A stretch of DNA of 62,585 bases, the filler included. It is 8 parts of 8 records of this genome, joined end to end, with 100 filler letters (N's around TTAATTAATTAA, not from the genome) between each part and the next. Parts side by side here need not be neighbours in the genome. Positions count along the whole stretch, not along the records: positions 21,033 to 26,047 come from SRR31147125_114753; positions 26,148 to 35,276 come from SRR31147125_114814; 6 more parts are not named here. One strand, written 5' to 3'. Below the pieces are notes generated by a model. It ran no database searches, was not told the DNA's origin, and saw only the letters and a list, made by a program, of their open reading frames with translations. Below are positions 21,065 through 31,750 of this stretch, piece after piece. Position 1 is the stretch's first letter. Every line of letters begins with the position of its first letter. Position numbers and translations under genes: made by a program.

Positions 21065-24000
21065 GCACGCAGACGATTCCGAAATTCATCCCCAACGGGG
21101 CTGAGACATAATACAATATGCAAATTGTCACGGACGCGCTCATTAAACGTAGCGAGGGCTTGCACAGGCGTCTCGGGAAGCCCTTGTTGACGTGCAATGG
21201 GAATCATCGCCTAGACAAGCAACTCTCAGCACTGGCCGGTATCCTTCTACCCACCTGTAAGATGGCCTCCACATCTTCCTTTTCCCAGAGACAAGGAACT
21301 TCACCCGTATTGAGCAGAGAGTTAATGTCCTTTGGTGTGCGGTCAGTCAGCAACAAGCTAGGCAACACAGCACATCAAACCATCACAAACCTCCAAAAAC
21401 GAATCTGAGATAATCTGAGCCTCATTCAAGAGAAAGACAATGGGTTGTCCCTCCATCCCGGTCATCCGTAGCACCTTTCGCACGTCCTCCTTCCACTCCA
21501 CGAGCCCGTAACCCTTGACAATTTCCACCGTGCACAGACGATACCCCGCAATGTAAGAGGCGAGACGTGTCAAACTCTGCCGCCCGCTCCCACCAAGGCC
21601 GACAAGCTGTGCACGAAGAAGACATGAAATACTGGTGAATGCAAGGATGAAAACCCACCATAGCACTTCCACGTGGTTGCCGGAGGACACGATTGATCCT
21701 TGATATGTGTTCCACGGCACTCGTAAAGGTTACCAAATCCATCGGTGTGTCCATTTCCTGGTTGTAATCCTCCAGGAATCCCTTAACCTTAGCCTTGAGC
21801 ATATCGAGTTGTTGGACTTCACCGTATCTGTCCTCTGCTATTAGACACAGGGACATAATAAGGGAACACAATGGACCTACTCGTTCTTAGAAGAGAGGTA
21901 GCCATTCCAAAGCGGTATAGTAGTGTGCAAGACCTTTGTCCGCACACACCGTGTCACCTCAGCAACCCCATCAAACAAACCCTACCTCCGCTTCGGGCAC
22001 CGGAAAGTGCTTGGTAACCACCTGTACGAGTTGAGACGCAAACCAGCCACGATCTTCCAAATTCACAAGACGATCCGCAAAGACACGCTGACACTCGTGC
22101 ATCCACAATCGGCAAAGGGCCAACTTGTTCCCCACAGAGGACGAAGGTGCCATCATCACCCCCTGAAACACCTTAGACAGATCACGCATGTTGAACAGGT
22201 AGTGGGCCTGGAATACAATGAGCAAAACCGGTAGGAGGGTACGTACACCTTGCGTGCCTTGGACGGTGTGGGCAAAAGCTGGGATATGATCGTGGAATAC
22301 AATTCAATGGTTGCATGCACGGTAGCACGTGCCAAACTACTGACTTCCTTGGAAAAGTGCCCCGCCTCAAAGTGTGCCTCAAGGATGGAGGTGAAGATGA
22401 AGTTTCTGTGCGGTCGTATTACACTCACATCGAGAGGAAAGCTCACGTGACGTACAGGCTGTCACTTGCAGGCTCCGTAATGTGAATAACGTTAAAATGT
22501 CGTAGAAGACGCCGTGAAACTTCATTGCGTCCTCCGCCGGGTGGACCCATGGCAGCCACAAACTGAACATCCTGAATTTCACTTTTTTTTCCGAGACACA
22601 CGTGCACATGAGCCATGAAGATGATAGACGAAAAAAGGAAAGCGGCACACGCACTTGAAGCTTCGTGCTTTGCGATCATACCAGCCTCCCTGAAGAAGCG
22701 TCCTGTGTAAGTCATACACAAAAGGGGAATGCAATCATACCTGATCGATGCACTGTCGTAGAAGTTCAAGAGGTGGTTGAGCGCCATACTTCTCCTTGGC
22801 GGGCATGTTTAGGTCGTCAATGAAGATCACCATCTTCGTGTTAATGGGTGGTCCAAACACCCCCTTACGCCGTTTGATCATCTTGGCATCCAGAATATCC
22901 TGAGAGAGAGGTGTGAGGGGGGCGGGGTGGGTGGGGTGGGTGGGTGGAAGGATAAGAATGCATGTATACCTGGGTCTGATTGGCAGAGGTCCGAGCGGAG
23001 AAGCTGAAGGATGTAGTGCTGAAGACAAACAATGAGATAATAGGAAGGACTCATCAATCCGAGCAAAGCACCTGAACGTCTCCGAAAGGTCTTGAGTAAG
23101 CACCTTGTTGAGAATCACAGTCTTTCCCACGCCAGTGGGGCCAATAAACAGGACAGGCTTCCCTAGAGTGATGAGTTGATGGGCAAGGAACGAGTAACGA
23201 ATCGTATCGACAGTGGGAACGATGACACGGTGGAACGGAAGGGCCGGATTCACACGAAACGGAGGAACCTAGGTAGAGGGGTCACAGATGTCAAGCGGGC
23301 GGGGAAGGAATGCACAAAGCCCACCGTCTCCTCCCATGGCTTGAACCGATCCTCGGCAAAGTTATACGAGAGATCAAACAGCATCTTGCCCGTTGAAGGG
23401 AGTGAAATGTCTTCCACATTCTGCTCAGCGTGTTGACGGAGGAACACATCCAGGCGTTGACGATCATCGTGTTCGACGAGAGCTCCAAACGACCAAACCA
23501 GACAAAACATGAACAGGGAAAAGAAGCGATGCTCCATGTCCCCGTTCACTTGTACCGTCCGTCCGTCGTGTTCTTGTGGGGTCTGTGGCGTATGGAATGA
23601 GTGGAGGAAGGTAGGGATCGTCCGTACACCCATACCTTGTACGGCAGCAAAAAGGAATCCATTAAGTTCAACATACTCTGCACAAGCGTGGACTCCGATG
23701 CAGCAAGAACTAGCTTGCATTCTTTCTTGAGGAACTGCATGACAGGATTGACAAAGGAGTTGAACCATCCCCGGATCTCCCCCGAAAGTTCCTGGAGAGA
23801 GGAGATGACGCAGTGCCCTACCGTGTGAAGTGATGAGAACGCACATCACTGGAGATCAGAGAGGAAGGAAGTCCTTGAATCCATGAGTCCATAAGTGGTC
23901 CCCAACCTAATCCGCGAGCCTCCACATACACCATACTACACCGCGACACAGTCGCTGGGGATGCCACAGCAAGATCTTCCACCTCAAAGATGAGATTCAC

Positions 24001-25992
24001 CTTGAATGTTCGTAAGGACAGAGGACAGAGGACAGAGGACAGAGAGAAGGAGCATGTACCGAATGGGGGAGACTAATACGTTCACCATTGTCCAGACAGA
24101 GGAGGCGGTTATCATCCAGAACTGAGTTCATGCTCTCAATCTTGTGGCCAATGATCAGAACAGAACAGAACAACAACAAGAAGAAAACGCCCCGAGAGGC
24201 AACCCACCCAAATCGCATCCACGGGGCCATCAAAGATCAACCACTTCTTTTGCTGTGTGTCATCGGCTACAACATGGCGTACATTGGTTGCCAATATGCC
24301 ATCGGTCCACTCACGCGTGACGACATCAAACTGCGTGTGGGGTGGGTGTGGGTGTGGGTGTGATTGGGGCAGGCCTACACACACCACCATCACATACCTG
24401 TCCATACAATTGCCCATACGTAATAGACTTGGGATTCATAATCCATGTCTTCACCTTTCGAAAACGTGGATCGTCCCGACTGCCAAGTTTGTTCAGAGCC
24501 GCTTTGAGAACATTGTAGCACGTTGTCTTGCCACCACCAGCTCCTCCAACAATCATGCACCCGTGCCGGAACTACGCAAGTCAGCAACAACAAAGAACAA
24601 CAAGGAACAACAAGGAACAACAGCAACAATACCTCCAGAGTATCATAGAGTTGCAAGACCTTGGTGAGGAAGGAATCAACGGGCTGCAAGGCATTGGATC
24701 GACACACATCCACCACCGTATCGACAAGAGTGGTGTCGGTGCTCTGAGGATCGTCCAAACCTGTTGTGGACAGAGGTGAACGTCTCGCCCTCCCACTACA
24801 GGTCGCACAAACCAGGGAAGAGATCTCTGACAATTCCTGTGAAGAGGGACACGTCCTCCTTCACAAACTTCGGAACGTTACAATCACGAAGAGCACGCAG
24901 AACGAGCCCATCCTCAGGGGCATCAGGATACTGCAACCAGCAGACACACTGAGCCGTGTCATACGAGGATCACACAACCCACCTGACGTTTCAGAGAGGC
25001 TGCATAGCTCAACATCGTCTTGAGGGCTCGCATGCCAAAGTCATAGCTGAGCGCGAGAGGGTAAGTCGCCGACACAAAAACGGCACAACAACATACTGAT
25101 CCTGAGAAGATAGCTGTTCACTGGAGAGTTTGTTAAGATTCACCATCTTCTGGGCCAGTGTGCGAGCACGCGAGAATCCGGCTGAGAACAGAATGATCTC
25201 GGAAATCAGTGCATAATCCGGAATCATCATGGCAACCGGTCGGAACAGAACCTACACACAACGTTGACGACGGACCAAAGAAGAAGAAGGGAAAAGGGCG
25301 TACTTTCAGATTATCGGGAAGCTCTGTTCGCCCTGCATAGCCCGGGTTCATGGTAATGAAAATTGCAACGGTGGACTTCAGCGCAATTTGTGAACCTATT
25401 GAAATATTAAAAGGACGCGTGGGTCCTCGCGCCTCCAGGGAACAAGTACAAACCCTCGAAGGTGAAGGTCTGGACCTTCTGAAGAATGGCTCGTTGAATC
25501 GTGAGAATCTGCTGTGCGATAACCGACAACACTTCCAAATCAATTCGATTGAACTCATCAAAGCAGGCCCAGGCGCCTGATGTCACAAGGCCTTTGAAGA
25601 ATTTCCCTATTGAATTCGAGCAAGGTCACGGAGGCGCTCGCACCACCCCACGTCGTACCCATGGAAATGTAGTCCAGTCCATCAGAACAATTGAAGACAA
25701 CACATTGCATCGCCAGAGCCTGCCAAACATAACCACATCATTTCGCACATGGAAGAAAAACGCTTCCCACCTTGGCGAGATCCTTAACTGTCTCGGTTTT
25801 TCCTGTACCGGCAGGCCCTGCGGGGGCTCCGCCAAGATGTTGATGGAGGGCACCCATAAGCGTGATATAGCAGCGATCCGTCAGGGGGGTGATAACCAGA
25901 CGCTCCTGGTTCCCGAGATACTCGTAACCATAGTCGAGAACCGCTTGTACCTGTTGCACTGTGCAGCCCCCATCCTCCCAGTAATATCGCAT
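21065..25992 (-). CDS. Eukaryotic axonemal dynein heavy chain, AAA1-AAA4 region, multi-exon, partial at both ends
   Basis: Exons encode [114 protein letters not shown] and [14 protein letters not shown] introns checked by eye, e.g. 25720-25770, 25607-25658, 24331-24397. Confidence 0.95.
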
Positions 25993-26017
25993 CTAGGCAA
26001 GGACGTTGGGCCAGGAA

Positions 26018-26047
26018 TCCTTCCTTCCTTCCTTCCTTCCTTCCTTC
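26018..26047. repeat. (TTCC)n microsatellite at contig end
   Basis: tccttccttcc... run. Confidence 0.9.
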
Positions 26048-26438
26048 NNNNNNNNNNNNNNNNNNNNNNNNNNNNNNNNNNNNNNNNNNNNTTAATTAAT
26101 TAANNNNNNNNNNNNNNNNNNNNNNNNNNNNNNNNNNNNNNNNNNNNTGTCGAGTAGTCAGGTTACTCCTTAGTAACCATATTCAAGGGTTCGAAAGTTT
26201 GAGTTCCAGGGCCATTTCATGATGGGAATGGGGCCTATATGACCCCAAAAATCGAACTTGCAGTGATTTAATCTGGTACGAACGAAAAGTCACTGTAAGA
26301 TTCTATCAAGTAGCGAAGAGACTTTGCTCTGAGTTCAATCCCAAGTTCTAGGGGTTGTATTAAAGGAGGCTGAAGTACTATTCTGGAGCTATCCATGAAA
26401 AGTGGACACACTCTTTCGTTAGGTTATCATCGCCAATC

Positions 26439-27083
26439 ATGCAGGAACTTATAGATCAATATCAGACCCTGCTTCAGGATGTCGACCGCTGGTTTGCTGC
26501 TTGTATAGAGCAGGCCGGTGATGAGATCGCCTGTCGGATGGGTTGTTCCGCCTGCTGTCGGGGCCTTTTCGAAATCAGTTTTTTGGATGCGTGGCTGCTG
26601 CAGGCTGGTTTTGTCCAACTTGATGCAGAAACCAGAGACCAAGTTTTAACCAAAGTCCGGAGTCGCGTCGGCGAACTCCAGTCCATCTGGCCCGAGTTTC
26701 AACATCCCTACACCCTCAACCGACTTCCCCATGATGACTGGCAAGAAATGCCGGAGGATGACCTGACCCCTTGCCCGCTGCTTTCCGACGATGGCCGTTG
26801 TCTGGTCTATGATCATCGCCCGATGACCTGTCGTTTGCACGGGCTGCCGAACATCGACAGTTCAGGGGAATCCTTTTCCGACGATTGCTGCACTCTCAAC
26901 TTTACCACCAGTGACCCATTACTAATGACTAAGCTATGCCATCCCTTTCGCGAGACTTTCTCCAAAGAGTTTGACCTGCTGGGACTCTTTGCCGAACAAA
27001 TACTCGGCAGTCACCAACTGGAACTAGATACCTTCATCCCCAGTGCCCTACTGATCGATTTTTCGGACGACAGATGGCAATGA
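26439..27083 (+). CDS. YkgJ-family cysteine-cluster (Zn/Fe-S) protein
   Basis: CRMGCSACC, CPLL...CLVYDHRPMTCRLHG. Confidence 0.88.
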   Translation: MQELIDQYQTLLQDVDRWFAACIEQAGDEIACRMGCSACCRGLFEISFLDAWLLQAGFVQLDAETRDQVLTKVRSRVGELQSIWPEFQHPYTLNRLPHDDWQEMPEDDLTPCPLLSDDGRCLVYDHRPMTCRLHGLPNIDSSGESFSDDCCTLNFTTSDPLLMTKLCHPFRETFSKEFDLLGLFAEQILGSHQLELDTFIPSALLIDFSDDRWQ

Positions 27084-27213
27084 TTCCAGCACCCTGATTT
27101 GGTTGAAATAAAACAGAAATAGTGACTGTTTTTGGTGGTAGCCAACTTTACAATTGTGTCGTAGGCAGTACGCGTCAGGTAGGATCTATCTTTGTTACCC
27201 TTTCTCAGACGCT

Positions 27214-27255
27214 AAAAAGGCCTGCCAAAAACCCTAGGCAGGCCTTTTCGTTTTT
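27214..27255. terminator. Probable bidirectional intrinsic terminator
   Basis: aaaaggcctgcc...ggcaggcctttt hairpin with A/T tails between convergent genes. Confidence 0.75.
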
Positions 27256-27291
27256 GGAAGGTTTGAAAAAATTTTTATTCTTTATTTTTAG

Positions 27292-28359
27292 TCAGTCTCC
27301 ATTGCGCTCTTTGCGCCGTGTCGCCATAACGTTCTTGCAGAATTTGCTAAAATTCCGCTCACGACTACGCCTCTCAGCAATGGTCTCTGTGTTGCGCTCC
27401 TGCTCGGCCATGAGCTTCTGGTAGTTGGCAAGGCGCCTGGGGCTGAGATCCCCCCTGGCGACAGCTGACTTGACGGCGCAGCCCTTTTCACTCTGGTGTA
27501 AACAATCGTTGAAGCGACAGCTTTGCGCTAACTCCTCGATATCATCAAAAAGGGAAGAAACCCCACCCTGGCACTCACTCAGTTGAAGTTCACGCAAACC
27601 GGGACTATCGATGAGCAGACCACCCTCTGGGAGGAAGTGAATAGTTCGGGATGTCGTGGTATGGCGCCCCTTGGCGTCTTCCTGGCGGATCGCTCCAGTC
27701 TCCTGCTTGGGATCACCAGAAAGGGTATTTATCAGAGTTGACTTACCTACCCCTGACGATCCAACCAAAGCGACCGTCTGGCCGTTGCCGCACCAGGAGA
27801 ACAGAGATTCTGCCGAGGATAAATCCAATGCGTTGACCGTTTCGACAGCCAGATCAGGAATCAGACTCATAGCCTGTTGTTGGTAATCAGAAATGTCATC
27901 CACCAGATCGGCCTTGGTTATTACCAATACCGGCTCAACCTGTGACTCCAAAGCCAGAGCCAGATAACGTTCAAGCCGAGACAGATTGAAATCCTGGTTG
28001 CATGAGGTGACGACAAACAAGGTATCGACATTGGCCGCCATCAACTGCACTTTGGATTCACTCCCTGCAGCTTTACGACGAAAAAGGCTCTTACGGTCCA
28101 GCATCCTCAGCGCTTGGCCGGTGGAGGAGTCAAGAAGTAGCCAGTCGCCAACGGTAGGTAGATCTTCCGAATCTCGTAAATGCCAATGTCCCGGCAGTGT
28201 AATTGTCCGGCGACCATGCTCACTCGCAACGTCAATAGTATTGCGGTGAACGGCGAAGACGCGGGCGGGGACTGTTGACTCCCACTCTTCAAGACTCAGT
28301 TGTTGTTGAAAAAAGTGACTCCAGCCCAATATGGGCAAAGAAAGAGATACATTGGACAT
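27292..28359 (-). CDS. rsgA: Ribosome small subunit-dependent GTPase A
   Basis: Circularly permuted GTPase: TKADL, GSSGVGKSTL, GRHTTT, DSPG, Zn finger CRFNDCLH..E.GC. Confidence 0.95.
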   Translation of the reverse strand: MSNVSLSLPILGWSHFFQQQLSLEEWESTVPARVFAVHRNTIDVASEHGRRTITLPGHWHLRDSEDLPTVGDWLLLDSSTGQALRMLDRKSLFRRKAAGSESKVQLMAANVDTLFVVTSCNQDFNLSRLERYLALALESQVEPVLVITKADLVDDISDYQQQAMSLIPDLAVETVNALDLSSAESLFSWCGNGQTVALVGSSGVGKSTLINTLSGDPKQETGAIRQEDAKGRHTTTSRTIHFLPEGGLLIDSPGLRELQLSECQGGVSSLFDDIEELAQSCRFNDCLHQSEKGCAVKSAVARGDLSPRRLANYQKLMAEQERNTETIAERRSRERNFSKFCKNVMATRRKERNGD

Positions 28360-28426
28360 AGAAACCCCCTTCGGATCAGAGATCCGAAAAGAAAATACTT
28401 TGGCGAACAAGTGCCAAATCGGTTTA

Positions 28427-28603
28427 GCCCGGTTTATTCATGATGCTTTGTCGCGAAATCGTCAAGTATGCGCCAGATCAAGCCAAGCACAGCGATTTGC
28501 TTTGCAGGCGTACTTGCAGTACGTCGAAAAGCAAAGAGCGAGTACGGTTTGAGATGGTGCGCAATCGGCTGTTGCAGCAAAAGTTTTCGTGAATAATCCG
28601 GGT
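28427..28603. mobile_element. TA-flanked palindromic MITE/REP-like element
   Basis: Terminal inverted repeats gcccggtttattca / tgaataatccgggt, TA on both sides, central core gcaggcgtac-ttgca-gtacgtcga. Confidence 0.6.
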
Positions 28604-28682
28604 TAAATGGGTTTCTTGATTGGTGAAGAAACCCGGCATCAATACCGGGCAAAGAAAAGATTTGGGAAGAGAAAAACTCAGG

Positions 28683-28733
28683 TTAAGCTCTCAGCCCCTC
28701 CTTTGCCTTAATGCACTTGATTACATGCTCCAT
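28683..28733 (-). promoter_or_regulatory. Putative leader peptide MEHVIKCIKAKEGLRA upstream of rsgA
   Basis: AAGGAGG RBS a few nt before the ATG; 16-codon ORF followed by overlapping hairpins at 28609-28650. Confidence 0.55.
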
Positions 28734-28835
28734 TACGTCCTCCTTTCTTTTAGGTTAAAGCGCAACTAATCTATCAATATTGGAGTACACATGTCAATGG
28801 GGGTTAAAAGACCCGAAAAGCTAAGGTGGCAAACA

Positions 28836-28881
28836 CAGTCTGAGATCAAAAAAACCACCAGTCTGAGATCAAAAAAACCAC
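28836..28881. repeat. Perfect 23-nt tandem duplication
   Basis: cagtctgagatcaaaaaaaccac twice, adjacent. Confidence 0.9.
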
Positions 28882-29087
28882 GCTTAACAAAACGTTAATA
28901 AGCCCGTCTGGGCCAGTTGGGCGTTTCTTTTTCTCGGCGCTTGCTGAACTGAAGTTGAACATTCAACAAAGTGGTTTCCAACAAATCGTTCTATAATTGA
29001 TGCCTGCATATCCTAGTAGTAGACTGGTCGCGTACTGTCAAATTAAAACGATAAGAACTGCTTCACCCCCATCTAATCAAATCGCAG

Positions 29088-29121
29088 ACAAAGAAGCCCC
29101 GGACAAAAACACCCGGGGCTC
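29088..29121 (-). terminator. Intrinsic terminator after the oxidoreductase operon
   Basis: agccccgg...ccggggct stem followed on the minus strand by TCTTTGT. Confidence 0.65.
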
Positions 29122-29163
29122 CAGTTTCACTTCATTCTAAGATATCAATAAGGATCAAAAAAT

Positions 29164-29616
29164 TTAATCTTCAGTCAACAAATCGTCATACTCGATCTCA
29201 AAACGCAGTTTATGTTTGGCTTCTTCCTGAGCGAGAGCCAGGAAGACGGTTTTTACCCTCTCATCCTGAACAGCGGCAGCCAAGTCCTGGTAAAGTTTGA
29301 AGGCCGCTTTTTCTTTCTTCATCGCCACGATCAGAGCATCCTGATAGCTCATGTCAGGGCTCGCCTTGATATCCACCAGGTAATCACCGATTTTCAGGTC
29401 GAGCACTTCATCTTTGGCGCCAACCACGATTTTTCCGGCCTTAACGGCCAGAAGCTTTTCCTTGTGCCCCTGTTCCTCCTGCGCAAAGCCTTCAAAGACC
29501 GCGCGCATTGAAGGGTGGTCGGCCCGTTCGGCAAGGCCGGAATAGAATTCCGCGGCCGCCTCTTCTTCGCTTATGGCAAAATCAAGTACTTCGTCAACTT
29601 TATTCCAATGGGTCAT
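29164..29616 (-). CDS. Ferritin-like/rubrerythrin-family di-iron protein
   Basis: AISEEEAAAEFY...EEQGH and AMKKEKAAFKLY...EEAKH paired ExxH motifs. Confidence 0.9.
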   Translation of the reverse strand: MTHWNKVDEVLDFAISEEEAAAEFYSGLAERADHPSMRAVFEGFAQEEQGHKEKLLAVKAGKIVVGAKDEVLDLKIGDYLVDIKASPDMSYQDALIVAMKKEKAAFKLYQDLAAAVQDERVKTVFLALAQEEAKHKLRFEIEYDDLLTED

Positions 29617-29636
29617 TATCGCCTCCTGATTTCGAT

Positions 29637-31736
29637 TTACTTCAACTCGGGCGGGGCTGGGCGTTTGAAACAGGGTTCCAGCGTTGCAACTTCGTCGTCC
29701 TGGAGAGTGAGTGCGCCGACCGGACAGTTCTCGACCAGCTTATCCATGCCCTGGTCGGTTACTTCTTTCAGCTTCCGATCCATGGCCGGCTTGACCCTGG
29801 CGCTGATGCCACGGCCGGTGAAGCCCATGGCCGAGGTACCCAGAACCTCTTCCGTCAAACGGACGCAATTGCCACACTGGATACACTTGTGCGAGTCATA
29901 AACCGCTTCGGAGTGGCTATCGTCACGCTCGAAAAGCCTCTTGACTCCCGAGTAGCGGTGCTGGTCGGCCTCAAAAGCGGTGGCATAATCGCGCAGCTTG
30001 CATTCGTGGGCGTCGCGGCAGCCGCACTCCATACAGCGTTTGGCTTCCTCACGCACATCGGCTTCCGAAAAACCTGTTTCCACCTCGTCAAAAGTTTGGA
30101 TACGCTCCAACGGCTCGAGTTCGGGCATGGGAATACGTTCGGTTTTTTCGAACCCGGCAACCACGCTTTCGTCGACCTCGTCGATTTTACCCATGGTATG
30201 GTTGTAAACCTTCGGATCCCCGAGAACCGGCTGTCCCTGCAAATACTGGTCGATGGAAATGGCGCCACGGCGTCCGGCGGCCACGGCGGTCACAGCAATG
30301 TCCGCACCGGTGACACAATCACCGCCGGCAAAGACGTTTTCCAGGTTGGTGGTAGTTTTGTGGATATCGGCATCGATCGACTGCCAGCGGGTCAGATCAA
30401 GCCCACCACAATCGGCGGGATCAACATCCTGGCCAATAGCGGAAATCACATTGTCGACTACACGGACGTGCTCACTCCCCTCCTGTGGGACTGGACGCCG
30501 ACGGCCGGAATCATCCGGTGCTCCCAGCTCCATACGGATACAGGTCACGTTCAGGGTCCCGTCCGCCGCTCTTTCAACCCCGGTGGGCGCAGCAAGGATG
30601 TCAAGGCGGACCCCTTCCTCCTCAGCCGCATCGATCTCAATATCCCAAGCCGGCATTTCGGCGCGGGTGCGGCGGTAAAGAATGGAAACCTCTCCGGCCC
30701 CTAGGCGCAGAGCAGTCCGCGCGGCATCGATTGCGGTGTTGCCGCCGCCCACGACCATGACCCGGTTGCCAATCTTCATCGATTCATCGCGGGAGGAAGC
30801 CCCCAGAAATCCAATACCGGAAAGGACCCCTTCGGTGTCTTCCCCTTCAATACGCATCGGTTTGGCCAGCTGCGCTCCGAGACCGAGGAAAACCGCATCG
30901 TAATCGCTGCGAAGCTGGTCAAGAGTGATCTCCCGCCCCATTTTGGTGTTGTAGCGGAATTCGGCGCCCAGCTTTTCGACCACATCGACCTCTGATTGAA
31001 TGACATCGCGAGGTAAACGGTAACTGGGGATGCCGTAGCGGGTCATGCCGCCCGCTTTTTCCTGCATATCGAAGATCGTACACTGATGGCCGAGAATCTG
31101 GAGGTAATAGGCCGCCGAAAGCCCGGCAGGACCGGCCCCCACCACCGCCACCTTTTTCCCGGTAGCAGGGGCGGTTTCAGGGATATATTCGTCACCGCTG
31201 ACCGTGACCTGATCCGCCGCGAAACGCTTGAGATGGCAAACGGCAACCGATGTTTCCACCATCTGCCGCCTGCAGCCGTCCTCGCAGGGCCTGGTGCAGA
31301 CCCGCCCGAGAATAGCGGGCAGCGGCATATTTGTCTTGATCAGCTCCAGAGCCGCACGATCGTTGCCATCGGCCATATGCTTGATGAATCCGGGGATATC
31401 GATACCGGCCGGACATTCGCTCATGCACGGACCGAGGCAATCCCCTTCATGGTCGGAAAGAAGCAACTCGACGCAAGTTCTCCGTGCCCGGTGCACACGT
31501 TCCGACTCGGTAGTGACGACCATACCGACAGTCACCGGTGTGGAGCAGGACGGCAGGAGATTATTGCGTCCCTCTACTTCGACGACACAGATAAAACAGG
31601 AGGCAAAGGGCTTCAGATCCTCATTGTGACAGAAGGTGGGAATGAACTTCCCTTCCGCCCTGGCAGCTTCGAGAATGGTGGTCCCTTTTTCCACCTCAAC
31701 TTTTTTTCCATCTAATGTGAATATAATTTTTTCCAC
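29637..31736 (-). CDS. Fe-S/FAD NADP(H) oxidoreductase: NuoG/HydA-like N-terminus plus GltD-like domain (StnC/Nfn-like)
   Basis: [2Fe-2S] IPTFCH..CFICVVE..PSC; GPC..ECPAG, GRVC..PCE..CRR; VVGAGPAG (FAD); GGGNTAID..YRRTR (NADP type); EAKRCMECGC; no H-cluster or molybdopterin domain. Confidence 0.85.
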   Translation of the reverse strand: MEKIIFTLDGKKVEVEKGTTILEAARAEGKFIPTFCHNEDLKPFASCFICVVEVEGRNNLLPSCSTPVTVGMVVTTESERVHRARRTCVELLLSDHEGDCLGPCMSECPAGIDIPGFIKHMADGNDRAALELIKTNMPLPAILGRVCTRPCEDGCRRQMVETSVAVCHLKRFAADQVTVSGDEYIPETAPATGKKVAVVGAGPAGLSAAYYLQILGHQCTIFDMQEKAGGMTRYGIPSYRLPRDVIQSEVDVVEKLGAEFRYNTKMGREITLDQLRSDYDAVFLGLGAQLAKPMRIEGEDTEGVLSGIGFLGASSRDESMKIGNRVMVVGGGNTAIDAARTALRLGAGEVSILYRRTRAEMPAWDIEIDAAEEEGVRLDILAAPTGVERAADGTLNVTCIRMELGAPDDSGRRRPVPQEGSEHVRVVDNVISAIGQDVDPADCGGLDLTRWQSIDADIHKTTTNLENVFAGGDCVTGADIAVTAVAAGRRGAISIDQYLQGQPVLGDPKVYNHTMGKIDEVDESVVAGFEKTERIPMPELEPLERIQTFDEVETGFSEADVREEAKRCMECGCRDAHECKLRDYATAFEADQHRYSGVKRLFERDDSHSEAVYDSHKCIQCGNCVRLTEEVLGTSAMGFTGRGISARVKPAMDRKLKEVTDQGMDKLVENCPVGALTLQDDEVATLEPCFKRPAPPELK

Positions 31737-31750
31737 TGGTGTTCCCTCGC

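Noticed and set aside
21065-25992. Alternative genetic code or non-canonical introns in the eukaryotic contig
   Set aside because: All junctions I checked were GT-AG and the exons read without in-frame stops; not every exon was checked.
28836-28881. Possible CRISPR mini-array
   Set aside because: Only two adjacent copies, no spacer, and no cas genes.
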